From NCBI GenBank assembly GCA_022790975.1, contig JAAVYF010000015.1, positions 31,366 to 95,365 of the forward strand: DNA of 64,000 nt, given 5' to 3'. Made by a program: the position numbers and the translations under genes. The stretch is from Clostridia bacterium. GTDB taxonomy: Bacteria; Bacillota; Clostridia; TANB77; CAG-508. Under the pieces are notes generated by a model, which searched no databases, was not told the DNA's origin, and saw nothing but the letters and a program-made list of their open reading frames with translations. Positions 21,432 to 34,985 of this stretch are shown here, piece by piece. Position 1 is the stretch's first letter. Each line of letters starts with the position of its first letter.

Positions 21432-22680
21432 TTATAATATTTTTTCTAATATATCATTTGATTGTAATTTTACCTGAGCCTCTTCACCAGTTTCCATATT
21501 TTTTATTTTTGCTATTCCAGAAGCTACTTCTTCTTCTCCTATCACTAATAACTTCTTAGCTTTAATTTTATCTGCATATTTTAATTGGGCTTTAAAACTT
21601 CTTCCTAAAATATCTCTTTCTACATAAACATTTTTATCTCTTAATTCTTCTGCAATTTGCAAAGCTTTATAATTTTCTTTTTCTCCAACAGATAAAATAT
21701 AAATATCTGGAGTTTTTTGAGCTAATTTTCCTGAATTTACTTCTTCAAACATTTCCATCAATCTTTCAACACCCATTGCAAATCCAACTGCTGGTGTACG
21801 AACTCCTCCAAGTTCTTCAACCAAAGCATCGTATCTTCCACCACCTAAAACTGTTAAACCAGTCTTATCATCTATAAATTCAAATACTGTTTTAGTGTAA
21901 TAATCCAATCCTCTTACAATACTACTATCTATATAAAATTGTACACCTTGTAACTTTAATGCTTCTTTTACATTTTCAAAATGAATTTTACATTCATCAC
22001 ATAAATAATCCAACATTTTAGGTGCGCCTTCATTTAGTTCTTTACAACGTTTTTCTTTACAATCAAGAATCCTCATTGGATTTTTTTCAAACCTAGCTTT
22101 ACAAGTATCACAATAATCATTTAAATTTTTTCCTATAAATTCTTTTAAAACTTTCTGATACTCTCCTCTACACTTTGGACAACCAATACTATTTAAATTA
22201 ACTTTTATTTCTTTCATCCCAAGAGTTTCAAAAATTCTTTTTCCAATTAATATAGTTTCTACATCAGCACTATAACTATCTGAACCAATTAATTCTAAAC
22301 CTATTTGGTGAAATTCTCTTAAACGCCCTTTTTGAACATTTTCATATCTATACATTGCCATATTATACCAAAGTTTTATAGGAGATGGTAAACTTGACAT
22401 TCCATTTTCTAAATATGCTCTAATAGCTCCTGCTGTACCTTCTGGTCTTAAAGTAATACTTCTTCCGACCTTTATCTAAAAAAGTATACATCTCTTTTTG
22501 AACTACATCTGTTGTTTCTCCAACACCTCTTTGAAAAAGCTCTGTATGTTCAAAAACAGGTACTCTTATTTCTTTAAATCCATAATTATTAAATAAATTT
22601 CTAACTATATTTTCAACATATTGCCATTTATAGCTTTCTTCTGGTAATATATCACGAGTTCCTTTTGGTTTTTGTATCAT
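21432..22680 (-). CDS. hisS: Histidine--tRNA ligase. It needs one +1 shift at in-frame CGG.
   Basis: [17 protein letters not shown][C][24 protein letters not shown], and a C-terminal anticodon-binding domain. The site is at ccg 22465-22467. 415 aa after correction. Confidence 0.9.
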
Positions 22681-22760
22681 TTTGCTATTATATAATTAAA
22701 ACATACAAAATATCTTAATTATATTCTCCTTTCTTTTAAAATTTTATAATATTTTCACTT

Positions 22761-23387
22761 TTAAAATCCATCATAATTATTTTTTTCTTCTCCAATAGTT
22801 GTCGGTCTACCATGACCAGGATACACAATTGTTTCATCTGGAAGTAAAAAAAGTTTATTTTTTACAGAGTTTATTATATCTTTATAACTACTTGTTGGTA
22901 AATCTGTTCTTCCTAATGCTCCACAAAAAAGAGTATCACCAGAAAAAATAATTTTTTCAGCTTCGGAGTAAATACAAATTCCACCACTGGTATGACCTGG
23001 TGTAGATATTACATTAAATTCTAAATTACCAATGTGAATTAAATCTTTATCATTAATTTCAGAATCAACTTCAATTTTTTTAAAATTTGCACCTACAAAT
23101 GGTGCAAGATTTCTAAATGGATTATTAACACCTTTGCTATCTTCTTTACTAATTAATACTTTAGAATTATATTTTTCTTTTAAAACTTGTACTCCACCAA
23201 TATGATCTGCATGACAATGTGTTAATAAAATATATTTTGGAATAATTTTTAAAGTTTCAATAATTTCAATAATCTTTTCAGGCTCTCCACCTGGGTCTAC
23301 TACCATAGACTCATTATTATCAATTATAATATAACAATTTGTTACTATATTTTTTATAGTATCAACTCTTATTTGCTTTAATGTCAT
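22761..23387 (-). CDS. MBL-fold metallo-hydrolase (glyoxalase II-like)
   Basis: LTHCHADHIGG, GHTSGG, and a GDTLF motif. Confidence 0.75.
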   Translation of the reverse strand: MTLKQIRVDTIKNIVTNCYIIIDNNESMVVDPGGEPEKIIEIIETLKIIPKYILLTHCHADHIGGVQVLKEKYNSKVLISKEDSKGVNNPFRNLAPFVGANFKKIEVDSEINDKDLIHIGNLEFNVISTPGHTSGGICIYSEAEKIIFSGDTLFCGALGRTDLPTSSYKDIINSVKNKLFLLPDETIVYPGHGRPTTIGEEKNNYDGF

Positions 23388-23493
23388 CTCTTATATTTCC
23401 TTTATGTATAATTTAAACTATTTTTTAATTTTACAAAATAGTTGTAGCAATTTACTTTTAAACTATTTTTAATTATACTAAACTCAACCTCTA

Positions 23494-25716
23494 TTATACT
23501 ATTAATAATTTATAAACTATCCGTCTTTTACGTTTTACATCATATACACTATCGACTTTATTAATTTGTGAAACAAGCTTATTTAGTTCTGTAATATTTT
23601 CTATTTGTATAGACAAATTAATAATAGCAATTTTCTCTTTTGTTGTACGAGAATTTACTCCAACTAAATTACTTTTTGTATTTTCTACTTGTTTTAATAT
23701 ATCTTTTAAAAGTCCTGATCTATCTGTAGCAAAAATTTCAATATTTACAATATATGAACCTTTTATATCATCATACCAATAAACATCTATAATTCTTTCT
23801 TTATCTTCAAATAGTTCATTAATATTTGGACAATTTGTTCTATGTACTGAAACTCCTCTACCCTTTGTAATGTAACCTATTATATTATCTCCTGGTAATG
23901 GATTACAACATCTTGAAAGTTTTACTAAACAATTATCAATACCTTTAACTACAATACCATTTTTTGATGGTTTATATGTTGGTTTTGAAAACGCAAGTTC
24001 TTCTATTTTTTGTTCATAATGTTCATCTTCATGTGCATCATTATATTTTTCTAAAAGTCTTGCTAAAACTTTGGTTGCGGAAATTCCACCAAAACCAATA
24101 CTTGCATACATATCATCTAAACTTGAAAAATGATATTTATCTAAAACAAATTTTATCCACTCTTGATTACTAAATAAATCAGATTGTTTAACAGGAAGTT
24201 TCTTTGCTTCTTTTTCTAACAAATCTTTTCCTTTTTCTATATTTTCACTTCTTTGTGCTTTTTTAAACCATTGATTAATTCTATTTCTAGCACATGAAGT
24301 TTTTACAAATTTTAACCAATCACGACTAGGACCTTTTGATTGCTCTGAAGTCAAAATTTCAACTATATCTCCATTTTTAAGAGGTGTAATTATTGGCATA
24401 ATTTTACTGTTAATTTTACAGCCTATCATTTTATGACCAATTTGTTCATGTATTAAATATGCAAAATCTATTGGAGTTCCTCCTCTAGGAAGACTCTTTA
24501 TCAATCCTTTTGGTGTAAAAACATAAACTTCTTCATCATAAAGCTCTGTCTTTAAAGTATTTAAAAACTCATCTGGATTTTCTGTATTTTTTTGCCATTC
24601 TAATGTTTCACGAAGCCATGCTAGTTTATCTTCTGTAACTACAACACTTTTTTTGCTTCCCTTATTACTAGCTTCTTTATAAGCCCAATGAGCAGCAATA
24701 CCATATTCAGCTGTTCTATGCATATCCCATGTACGAATTTGAACTTCAAAAGGAGTTCCTTTGTCACCTAAAACTGTTGTGTGTATGGATTGATACATAT
24801 TTTTTTTAGGAACTGCAATATAATCTTTAAATCTTCCAGGCATTGGTGTATACATTTCATGTACAACACCTAGAGCTGCATAACAATCTTTTACTGAATT
24901 TACTAAAATTCTAAGAGCAAATAAGTCATATATTTGATCTAAATTTTTATGATCTCTTTGCATTTTTCTATATATACTATATAAATGCTTTGCTCTACCA
25001 GTTATTTCTGCTTTTATTTTTTCATGTGATAATTCTATTTTTAAATCATCTTTAATTTTTTCTAAAAATTGAAGTCTTTCTTCTCTTTTTTTATCTAATT
25101 CAACTACAATTTCTCTATATTCATCTGGATAAAGATATTTAAAAGATAAATCTTCTAATTCCCATTTTAATGAATATATACCAAGACGATTAGCAAGTGG
25201 CGCATATAAATCCATTGTTTCTTGAGCATTCGCAATTTGCCTTTCACGAGATAAAAATTTTAATGTTCTCATATTATGAAGTCTATCTGCAAGCTTTATT
25301 AAAATAACTCTAATATCTTTTCCCATTGCCAAAAACATTTTTCTATAATTTTCTACTTGCTCTTCTTCTGCAGTTGTGTACTGGATTTTACTAAGTTTTG
25401 TAACACCTGCAACCATATCTGCAATAGTCTGTCCAAATTTATTAATTAAATCCTCATTTGTAGCTGGAGTATCTTCTACAACATCATGTAAAAGTGCAGC
25501 ACATATAGTTTCATCATCCATTTCTAAAGTAGCTAAAATATAAGCAACATGTAAAGGGTGAATTAAATATGATTCTCCAGATTTTCTTTTTTGATTTCCA
25601 TGATGAAGACAAGCAAAATCATATGCGCTTTTTACAAGTTTTAGATTTGCTTTAGAATAATTTTCTTTTTGAAGCTTTAAAATATCTTCAATTGTAACCT
25701 CTTCTTTATCTGTCAT
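23494..25716 (-). CDS. relA: Bifunctional (p)ppGpp synthetase/hydrolase RelA/SpoT
   Basis: HD domain (HPLHVA..LLHDVVEDT), a synthetase domain, then TGS and ACT domains. There is an in-frame CGG 9 codons before the annotated stop (ccg 23521-23523). With a +1 shift the protein would end ..DVKRKRG at 23517. Confidence 0.9.
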   Translation of the reverse strand: MTDKEEVTIEDILKLQKENYSKANLKLVKSAYDFACLHHGNQKRKSGESYLIHPLHVAYILATLEMDDETICAALLHDVVEDTPATNEDLINKFGQTIADMVAGVTKLSKIQYTTAEEEQVENYRKMFLAMGKDIRVILIKLADRLHNMRTLKFLSRERQIANAQETMDLYAPLANRLGIYSLKWELEDLSFKYLYPDEYREIVVELDKKREERLQFLEKIKDDLKIELSHEKIKAEITGRAKHLYSIYRKMQRDHKNLDQIYDLFALRILVNSVKDCYAALGVVHEMYTPMPGRFKDYIAVPKKNMYQSIHTTVLGDKGTPFEVQIRTWDMHRTAEYGIAAHWAYKEASNKGSKKSVVVTEDKLAWLRETLEWQKNTENPDEFLNTLKTELYDEEVYVFTPKGLIKSLPRGGTPIDFAYLIHEQIGHKMIGCKINSKIMPIITPLKNGDIVEILTSEQSKGPSRDWLKFVKTSCARNRINQWFKKAQRSENIEKGKDLLEKEAKKLPVKQSDLFSNQEWIKFVLDKYHFSSLDDMYASIGFGGISATKVLARLLEKYNDAHEDEHYEQKIEELAFSKPTYKPSKNGIVVKGIDNCLVKLSRCCNPLPGDNIIGYITKGRGVSVHRTNCPNINELFEDKERIIDVYWYDDIKGSYIVNIEIFATDRSGLLKDILKQVENTKSNLVGVNSRTTKEKIAIINLSIQIENITELNKLVSQINKVDSVYDVKRKRRIVYKLLIV

Positions 25717-25739
25717 TTTTTTAAATCCCCCACAATTTA

Positions 25740-27429
25740 CTAAATGCTTTTTCTTATATCTTTTATATTAAGTTGTATTGATTTTGTATTATTAAATTCG
25801 TTTATTTCTAATGCAACTACAACATCAACTTTATCTCCCAGCCTAAATGTATTTGCTAAATCTCCAAAACCGAAACCAATTCCATTAACTGTTAAATAAT
25901 CATCTTTTAAAGTTAGCTTTAAATGTTTTCCTTCTGATAATGACCTTATTGAATCTATTCTTAAGTTTTTATATAAAAATAATGGTATTTTATTTGCCTC
26001 TCCAAATGGTTCTAAATTTTTAAGACCATTTATTATATCAAAAGTAATATCTTTTGCAAAAATCTCTTTATCAATTTTTATTATAGAAACAAGTTCATCT
26101 GCATGACTATCTTTAGCAATTTTTTTCATTTTTTCTCTAAAACTCTCAAAGTTTTTCTGTTCTAAGCTCAAACCAACAGCCATCTCATGACCGCCATATC
26201 TAGTAAGTAAATCTGCTGATTTACATAGTGCCTCATGCAAATCAAATCCTGGTATACTTCTTCCAGAACCTTTTGCAGTTCCATTTTCAAAACATACTAA
26301 AATACTTGGCTTGTAATATAAATCTGTAATTTTTGATGCAACAATTCCGAATTACTCCATGATGCCAATTTTCTGAACCAATAACAATTATTGAATCTTT
26401 TTCCATAGAATTTTCTTCTATTTGTTTAACAGCTTCTTCAAAAATTCTTTTTTCAATTTCTTGTCTTTCTTTATTAAAATCATTTAATTTTAATGTAATT
26501 TCTTTAGCTTCTTCGATATTATCAGTTAAAAATAATTTTAATGATTCCTCTTCATGTCCCATTCTTCCACAAGCATTAATTCTAGGAGCAATTCCAAAAG
26601 AAATTGTATTAGAATTAATTTTTGGAAATCCTATTGATACTAATAAATTATTAAGACCTGGATTTTTAGTTTGTGCTATCAATTTTAATCCTAATTTAGC
26701 AATAACTCTATTTTCATCAACTAGTGGAACTATATCTGATATTGTTCCAATACACACTATATCTAAATATTTTAAATAATCTTTTTCTTCAAAATTTAGT
26801 TTTTGAGAAATTGCTTGTATTAATTTAAAAACAACTCCACAACCAGCTAAACTTTTAAATGGATATTTATTATCTTTTCTTTTACAATCAATAACAGCTA
26901 TACATTCTGGAATTTCATCTAATGGCTCATGATGGTCTGTTACTATAACTTCCATTCCAAGAGAATATGCATATTTAATTTCTTCTATTCCAGAAATTCC
27001 ACAATCAACTGTAATAATTAATTTATATCCTTGCTCTGCTATTTCTTTAATAGCATTTATATTTAATCCATACCCTTCATTAAGTCTATTTGGAATTTTA
27101 TAATCTACATTTAAACCATGTTCATCTAAAAACTTTTTAAGTACCATAGTACTCGTAATTCCATCTACATCATAGTCACCATAAATTATAACTTTTTCTT
27201 GACTTTCAATTGCTTTAATAATTCTATTAGTAGCAGTTTCCATATCTGGCATTTCAAATGGATTATGAAAATCATTTCTAGTTGGATTTAAAAATATTTT
27301 TATATCTTCATCTTCAACAACATTTCTGTTAACTAATACTGCTGATAATAGCTCTGAAATATTATATTTTTGCGCAATCTCTTTTATTACATTTTCATTT
27401 GAATTACAAATTTCCCATTTTTTATTCAT
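25740..27429 (-). CDS. recJ: Single-stranded-DNA-specific exonuclease RecJ. It needs one +1 shift at in-frame CGG.
   Basis: DHH motifs (GDYDVDGITS, VTDHH), then ..NWHHGVI[C]GIVASKITDLYYKP.., and a C-terminal OB-like domain. The site is at ccg 26347-26349. The likely start is MNKKWEI at 27429. Confidence 0.85.
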
Positions 27430-27821
27430 CCTTTTCTCCCTATATACTACAATTTGTTTTCTATTATATAATATTTCAATTAATTTAGCAATACAGACCG
27501 AATACATTTTTAAATTTAAGTATTTATATTTTTATTGTCACTATTTGACTTCTAAAGAACAATTTTTAAGTTTAAATCTGCACTTTATTTTTTCTATTCT
27601 TAGCAAAAACCTAACATTCATTTCTAATTTTTAACAACTTTTATTTTTAATTCATTAAAATATTTATTCATTAAAAATGCACCTTCAAATGTTTAACTTT
27701 TTATCTAACATTTGTGGTGCTGTTCAAAACTTAATACTTTGCTTTTTTATTTTATAATAATCAATTTTTTATTATAACAAACTTATATATTTTTATTGCA
27801 CATAATTATAGTAAAAATCCT

Positions 27822-28415
27822 TTAACTAAGATATTTAAGTGCTGTACGAATAATATCTTCTGTTCCAATATTATTACAGTCAATTTTACCTAAAGCCTCT
27901 TCTATCTCTTTTCTACCATATCCTAATATTTGAAGTGCATCAAATGCATCACTTGATATTTCTTCTTTATTTATTGTTGCTTTTATTTCTTCGTTTTGTG
28001 TTAAGCTATTTTCCTTCTTTAACTTATCTTTTAACTCTAATACTAATCTTTGTGCTGTTTTTGTACCAATTCCAGGAAGAGATGTAATCTTTTTTATATC
28101 TTCATTTATCACAGCTAATGCAAATGTTGATGGTTCTATATTTGAAAGCATATTAACAGCAGACTTTGGACCAATTCCACTAACAGTTATCAAAAGTTCA
28201 AACATTGATAATTCTTCTTTTGTATTAAAACCATATAAACAAATATTATCTTCACTCACTTGATAATATGTATAAACCTTAACTTTTGAATGTAATTCTC
28301 CTGCTCTTCCAATTGCAGAATTTGACATAAATATTTTATAGCCAATTCCCATTACATCTATTACAACAAATCCATTTGATTTTTCTTCTAAATCTCCTTT
28401 TATATATGCATACAT
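27822..28415 (-). CDS. ruvA: Holliday junction DNA helicase subunit RuvA
   Basis: MYAYIKGDL.., helix-hairpin-helix GIGPKSA and LPGIGTKTAQRLVLELK, and C-terminal domain III. Confidence 0.9.
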   Translation of the reverse strand: MYAYIKGDLEEKSNGFVVIDVMGIGYKIFMSNSAIGRAGELHSKVKVYTYYQVSEDNICLYGFNTKEELSMFELLITVSGIGPKSAVNMLSNIEPSTFALAVINEDIKKITSLPGIGTKTAQRLVLELKDKLKKENSLTQNEEIKATINKEEISSDAFDALQILGYGRKEIEEALGKIDCNNIGTEDIIRTALKYLS

Positions 28416-28687
28416 AATTTATCCTCCATTATACTTATTTTACATTAATATATATCAATTAAATTCTAAAAACAAGCGAACATTTAAATTTATTCTAATT
28501 TATTTTATTAATACTTTATAAGTAAATTTTAATATAAATATTTTATCTTATTTTTTAATAAAAAAATAAAAAGCCTAGTATTTTCTAATTACCCCAAAAA
28601 ATATCTAATTTTAGGTATAATTCATAAATTACCAGACTTTTTATTTTTTTATATAATTTTCTTACTTATATTATATATTAATTTATC

Positions 28688-29257
28688 TTAAAAAAGAGAT
28701 TCCATAAACTCATCAATTCCATTAATTATAGAATATTTATCTCCATCTTTCATAACATAAACTTCATATGTTTCTGTTCTTGTTTCTTCTTCAGAATCTG
28801 AATCTTGTTTATATGTTATTGCTACTTCTACTTCTACAGAATAAATATTTTTAGTATCTTCTACTTTTTTCTCTGAACCAACTTTCTTTACATCTACTTT
28901 AAATGTATCAAATTCTTTTATTTCATCTTCAAAATAGCCAGCAAATTCTTTAATATAATCACTAAATTGTTCTATTTCTTCACTATTTTCTTCTTTAAAT
29001 TCTTTATATTGTTCTTCTATTTCAGAATAAGTTAAATCATTTTGTATCATTGCAAATGCTGGCCAATCAATTGACTCAAATGCTTTATTAAAATCATTTT
29101 TACCTATATTTGTAAAATATGCTTCAACAACAGCTTTAGCACCAGTTTTGCTTTCTTTTTTACTATCATCATCTTTTTCACCACAAGCTGTTAGTCCAAC
29201 TAACATTGCTAATAGTAAAGCAATTATTGTAATACTGCTAAAAATTTTCTTTTTCAT
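28688..29257 (-). CDS. Lipoprotein, function unknown
   Basis: Signal peptide with lipobox LVGLTAC|G. Acidic mature protein. Confidence 0.6.
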   Translation of the reverse strand: MKKKIFSSITIIALLLAMLVGLTACGEKDDDSKKESKTGAKAVVEAYFTNIGKNDFNKAFESIDWPAFAMIQNDLTYSEIEEQYKEFKEENSEEIEQFSDYIKEFAGYFEDEIKEFDTFKVDVKKVGSEKKVEDTKNIYSVEVEVAITYKQDSDSEEETRTETYEVYVMKDGDKYSIINGIDEFMESLF

Positions 29258-29356
29258 TTTAAATACCTCTTTCTTTTTATTAATTTAACAATACAAGTAT
29301 AGCTTAATTCTTTACAAAAATCAATAGTTAATTACAGAATTTTTAAATACGTACTA

Positions 29357-29382
29357 GCTGGTATATTACATAATATACCAGC
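29357..29382 (-). terminator. Strong hairpin just downstream of groEL (probable terminator)
   Basis: 11 bp perfect stem GCTGGTATATT/AATATACCAGC with a 4 nt loop. The T-run is weak. Confidence 0.45.
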
Positions 29383-29414
29383 ATTTAAAGTAATATAAAA
29401 TTCTAAAAATTATA

Positions 29415-31076
<1,662 letters not shown>

Positions 31077-31352
31077 TTAATTAGTATGTACTAAGAATTT
31101 TTAATATATTATACATTTATTGGATTTTTGCATTATAACAAAAACATTTATTAATATAAATATTTTATTAAATTTAAACAAAATTTTATATAAAATAAAT
31201 AATATTTAATAAATATCTAAATACATAAATATATAAAATAAATATATAAAATAAATTTTTACATTCTAAATTTAATTAATTTTTGTTTTTAATATAGTAA
31301 TACTTTATTAAAATTCTTTTTATTTTATTTTTATAAATTTACAAATTTTTTA

Positions 31353-31652
<300 letters not shown>

Positions 31653-31900
31653 TTAATAATTAAAACTACTAATTTTTTTAATTTAAAATTATATTGAATT
31701 AAATCTTTCAATTTAATATTAAAGTAATTTTTATTTTTTATATTGTATTTTAATTCTAAACTAATATTTAAATTTAATATTAAATTTGTTCTTTTTAATA
31801 TTTACACTAATTAAAGCATATATTATTAAAAATTATAATATATTTTACTACATAAATTATATTTAATACTTTAATATAAAGTTACTAAATAAAACAAAAA

Positions 31901-31927
31901 TTAGCAGTCATTATTTTTGACTGCTAA
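31901..31927 (-). promoter_or_regulatory. CIRCE-like HrcA operator upstream of groES
   Basis: TTAGCAGTC-N9-GACTGCTAA, a perfect inverted repeat. It matches the CIRCE consensus TTAGCACTC-N9-GAGTGCTAA apart from one compensated pair. Confidence 0.7.
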
Positions 31928-32003
31928 AATTTTATACCCGATTTAAAGATTTGTCAATACTAAAATTTTAAATTATTATAAAATTTTTAATTATTATTTT
32001 AAA

Positions 32004-34922
32004 TTACGCTCTTCTTGCATCATCATCATTATCATTCTTGTTTTTTCCATTATGATTAGGCATAATTAACATTCTAGCCAATCTGATAACATCTGATATA
32101 CGAACTCCTGTCATATTAGAAACATATTCTAGATTCTTTGCTCCATCTTGAAGCATTTGTATTGCTTTTTCTTTTTTTATTGCATACCTTATATTTTCTT
32201 GCAATTTTCTCAATTTAAATTTACTATCACTTGTAATTCCTTCATTATTTATATTATGTGATATAAAATTATCACCTCTTTTATATTCATCAAAAGCTAT
32301 ACACATTTTTGCAAACAAAGCAATATCTCGTTCTCCACATTCAATAAACTGCATACTTTGCTCTAATAAATCTAAATTTTCTATTTTAAATTTTCCTCTA
32401 TCAAATTCTCTCCTGCTCTCATTTATATAGCATTTTAAAACATATCTACTTGTATCATTAGAAATACCAGTTTTTATTATTTTATTTACTTTTGCTTTTA
32501 ATGTAGGAGTTTCTTTTTCTAAAAATGCATTTAATTTCTTCTCTTCTTTTTTTTCTTCTTTTTGTAATTTTTCTTCTTCTCTTTGTTGTGTTCTTTTGGC
32601 ACTTGCTAAATCTCTTTCTCTTTTTCTTTCTTTTCTAGCCTTCAATTTATCTGCTTTTGCTCTTAGTTCAGCTCTTCTTTTGGCTTTTTCTTCTTCTTCT
32701 TCTTTTTCTTTATCTTCTTTACTTAAACTATTAGTTCTCAAATTCTTTTTTACATTTAAATTTGAATTTCTTATTTTTTTTCCTTTTATGTCTTTAGTAG
32801 ATTCTTTTTCATCTTTATCAGATTCTTCTTTATCTTTACTAGATTCTCCTTTATCTTTACTAGATTCTCCTTTATCTTTACTAGATTCTCCTTTATCTTT
32901 ACTAGATTCTCCTGTATCTTTATCAGATTTATTTGTTTCCATTAAATCATTTGACGTGATAGAAACGTTTTGTAAATCTGATTTTGTTTCATCATTAATG
33001 TTAGGTTTTCTTATATCAAGGTTTTCTTTAATTAAAATATTTACCTTTGATGTTTTATTTATTTTACGTCTTAATTTATCCAAACTATAAAAATTAATTC
33101 CTAATACATCTTTAGCAAATGCAATTTCTGGTAATATATGATTATAATTATTATATAAATATTCAAATTCACTTAATGTAATTTCACTTTTATTAAAAAA
33201 CAATTCCTGCCATGCCTTATTTCTTAATTCTTGTATTTCCTCTTCTGACATTTGAGTTTTTAATAATATTTGAAGTTCTCCACCATTTTTTAAAGTTGGT
33301 AAATTTTTAGAACGTATATCTAATATTTTTTCTGCAAATATATATTCTGGAAGAATTCCTCCATATTTTTTATGTAATTTTTGAAATTTTTTATAGTCAA
33401 TTTTATCTTTTATATGTAATTTATTTTCCTGTAATACTTTTCTTTTTAAATCTTCTATCTCTTTATCTGAAGGCAAACTTTCATTTAATAAAATAGATGT
33501 ATTATGTCCTTTTTCTCGATTAAATCTTAAATTATTTAATTTTTTTGGTAAAATATCTAAAACCTTTTCTGCAAATTCAACTTCACTCAAATCTCCAGCA
33601 TATATATCATATAACCTTTTAAACTCAAAATAATTTATTTTATCATCATAATGTAAACCATTTTCTTTTATAACTCTATCTCTTAATTCTTTAAAATCTA
33701 TAATATTTCTATTTACAAAAATATTCATTTTTTCGGTTGTTTTATTTTTCAAATTATTATAGCTAGTAATTGGAGCATCTAATATCAAAGATGCAAATTG
33801 TGATTCATTTAATATATATCCATATTTTTGAAATAATCTTTGAAATTCTTCTATATTAATTTGACTTTCTGGTATTTTATTTTCCTTAATAATAATTTCT
33901 CTAACAGAATTTACATATTCATCTGAAATTTGAATATTCTTTAAAATTAAAGCTTTGCCATCTGAATTCATATATTTTAATGCAGCAGGGCTTATGTCTA
34001 AAATTTCTTCTGCAAACATATTCTCTGGCATTATTCCACTATATTTTTTATATAATTCAAGAAATCTTTCTTTTGAAATCATTTCTTCAATATGTAACTT
34101 TTCTTCTAAAATTACTTTTTCTCTTAATTTGTATATATCATCTGGATTAATAACATATGTTGAAAAAACCCCTATTGTTTTTGTTTTATTTCCTTTTAAA
34201 CGATTATATGAATTTGGACTGGCACCTAAAACATAAATTGCAAAATCCTTCTGCGTTAAACCATTTCCACATTCATTATATAAATCTAAAAATTCTGTAA
34301 GGGTAATTTGATCTCCTATATGAATTTTGGCTTCATTTATTATAAACTCTTTTACTTGTTCAATTTTTTCACTATCTATATTTTTACCTGAAAAAATTTT
34401 TATAGGCATACTTTTATTAACTTTCATTTTATCTACGGTATGCCATGATATTTCTAGTATATCTTCGCAAAAACTTTTTAAAGATATTTTTCTTACATCG
34501 CTATTATACATTTGTAGTAGCATTTCATAATTTATTGTATCTAATGGTTTTAAATTATAATTAGCAATTAATTTTTCTTTTATAGATTCCATATATTCTT
34601 TTGAAATATATTCTCTAGTTAGAATTTCAGTTTCTTTATTTTTTCCAGATTGAATACCAGCATAATTATCTATATCTAAAAAATATAAAGCAAAATCTTT
34701 TTCTTCTATATCTAAACTTATTCCATAAACTTCATATAATTGCTTTAATTTATCATAAGACAATTTATCCCCAATATGTAATCCTTCTTCTAATATCATT
34801 TTTTCTCTTTTATCTAAAAAATCTTTCTTTTTGTTTTGTAAAGAAATTAATGATATTGCTACGCCTAAAATTGGAGCATATATTTCATTTAAATTAAAAT
34901 TCCTTTGTACACCTAATTCCAT
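32004..34922 (-). CDS. Large repeat protein: ~8 tandem ~85-90 aa modules, a K/E/S-rich charged region and a C-terminal HTH-like region
   Basis: 972 aa. The recurring module is ..LHIgDkIsY.eF..LY..YG..L.E..FA..ILDI....L..L.. There are KDKGESS heptad repeats and a C-terminal ..TGVRISDVIRLARML. Confidence 0.55.
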   Translation of the reverse strand: MELGVQRNFNLNEIYAPILGVAISLISLQNKKKDFLDKREKMILEEGLHIGDKLSYDKLKQLYEVYGISLDIEEKDFALYFLDIDNYAGIQSGKNKETEILTREYISKEYMESIKEKLIANYNLKPLDTINYEMLLQMYNSDVRKISLKSFCEDILEISWHTVDKMKVNKSMPIKIFSGKNIDSEKIEQVKEFIINEAKIHIGDQITLTEFLDLYNECGNGLTQKDFAIYVLGASPNSYNRLKGNKTKTIGVFSTYVINPDDIYKLREKVILEEKLHIEEMISKERFLELYKKYSGIMPENMFAEEILDISPAALKYMNSDGKALILKNIQISDEYVNSVREIIIKENKIPESQINIEEFQRLFQKYGYILNESQFASLILDAPITSYNNLKNKTTEKMNIFVNRNIIDFKELRDRVIKENGLHYDDKINYFEFKRLYDIYAGDLSEVEFAEKVLDILPKKLNNLRFNREKGHNTSILLNESLPSDKEIEDLKRKVLQENKLHIKDKIDYKKFQKLHKKYGGILPEYIFAEKILDIRSKNLPTLKNGGELQILLKTQMSEEEIQELRNKAWQELFFNKSEITLSEFEYLYNNYNHILPEIAFAKDVLGINFYSLDKLRRKINKTSKVNILIKENLDIRKPNINDETKSDLQNVSITSNDLMETNKSDKDTGESSKDKGESSKDKGESSKDKGESSKDKEESDKDEKESTKDIKGKKIRNSNLNVKKNLRTNSLSKEDKEKEEEEEKAKRRAELRAKADKLKARKERKRERDLASAKRTQQREEEKLQKEEKKEEKKLNAFLEKETPTLKAKVNKIIKTGISNDTSRYVLKCYINESRREFDRGKFKIENLDLLEQSMQFIECGERDIALFAKMCIAFDEYKRGDNFISHNINNEGITSDSKFKLRKLQENIRYAIKKEKAIQMLQDGAKNLEYVSNMTGVRISDVIRLARMLIMPNHNGKNKNDNDDDARRA
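32808..32933. repeat. 21 bp in-frame tandem repeat (4 perfect copies plus degenerate flanks) inside the 972 aa gene
   Basis: TTTATCTTTACTAGATTCTCC x4 at 32829-32912, encoding (KDKGESS)n on the minus strand. Confidence 0.85.
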
Positions 34923-34985
34923 TTATTATCCTCATTTATACTTTTTTCTTAAACTAGTTTTATAAATTTAAATTAACATAAATAT

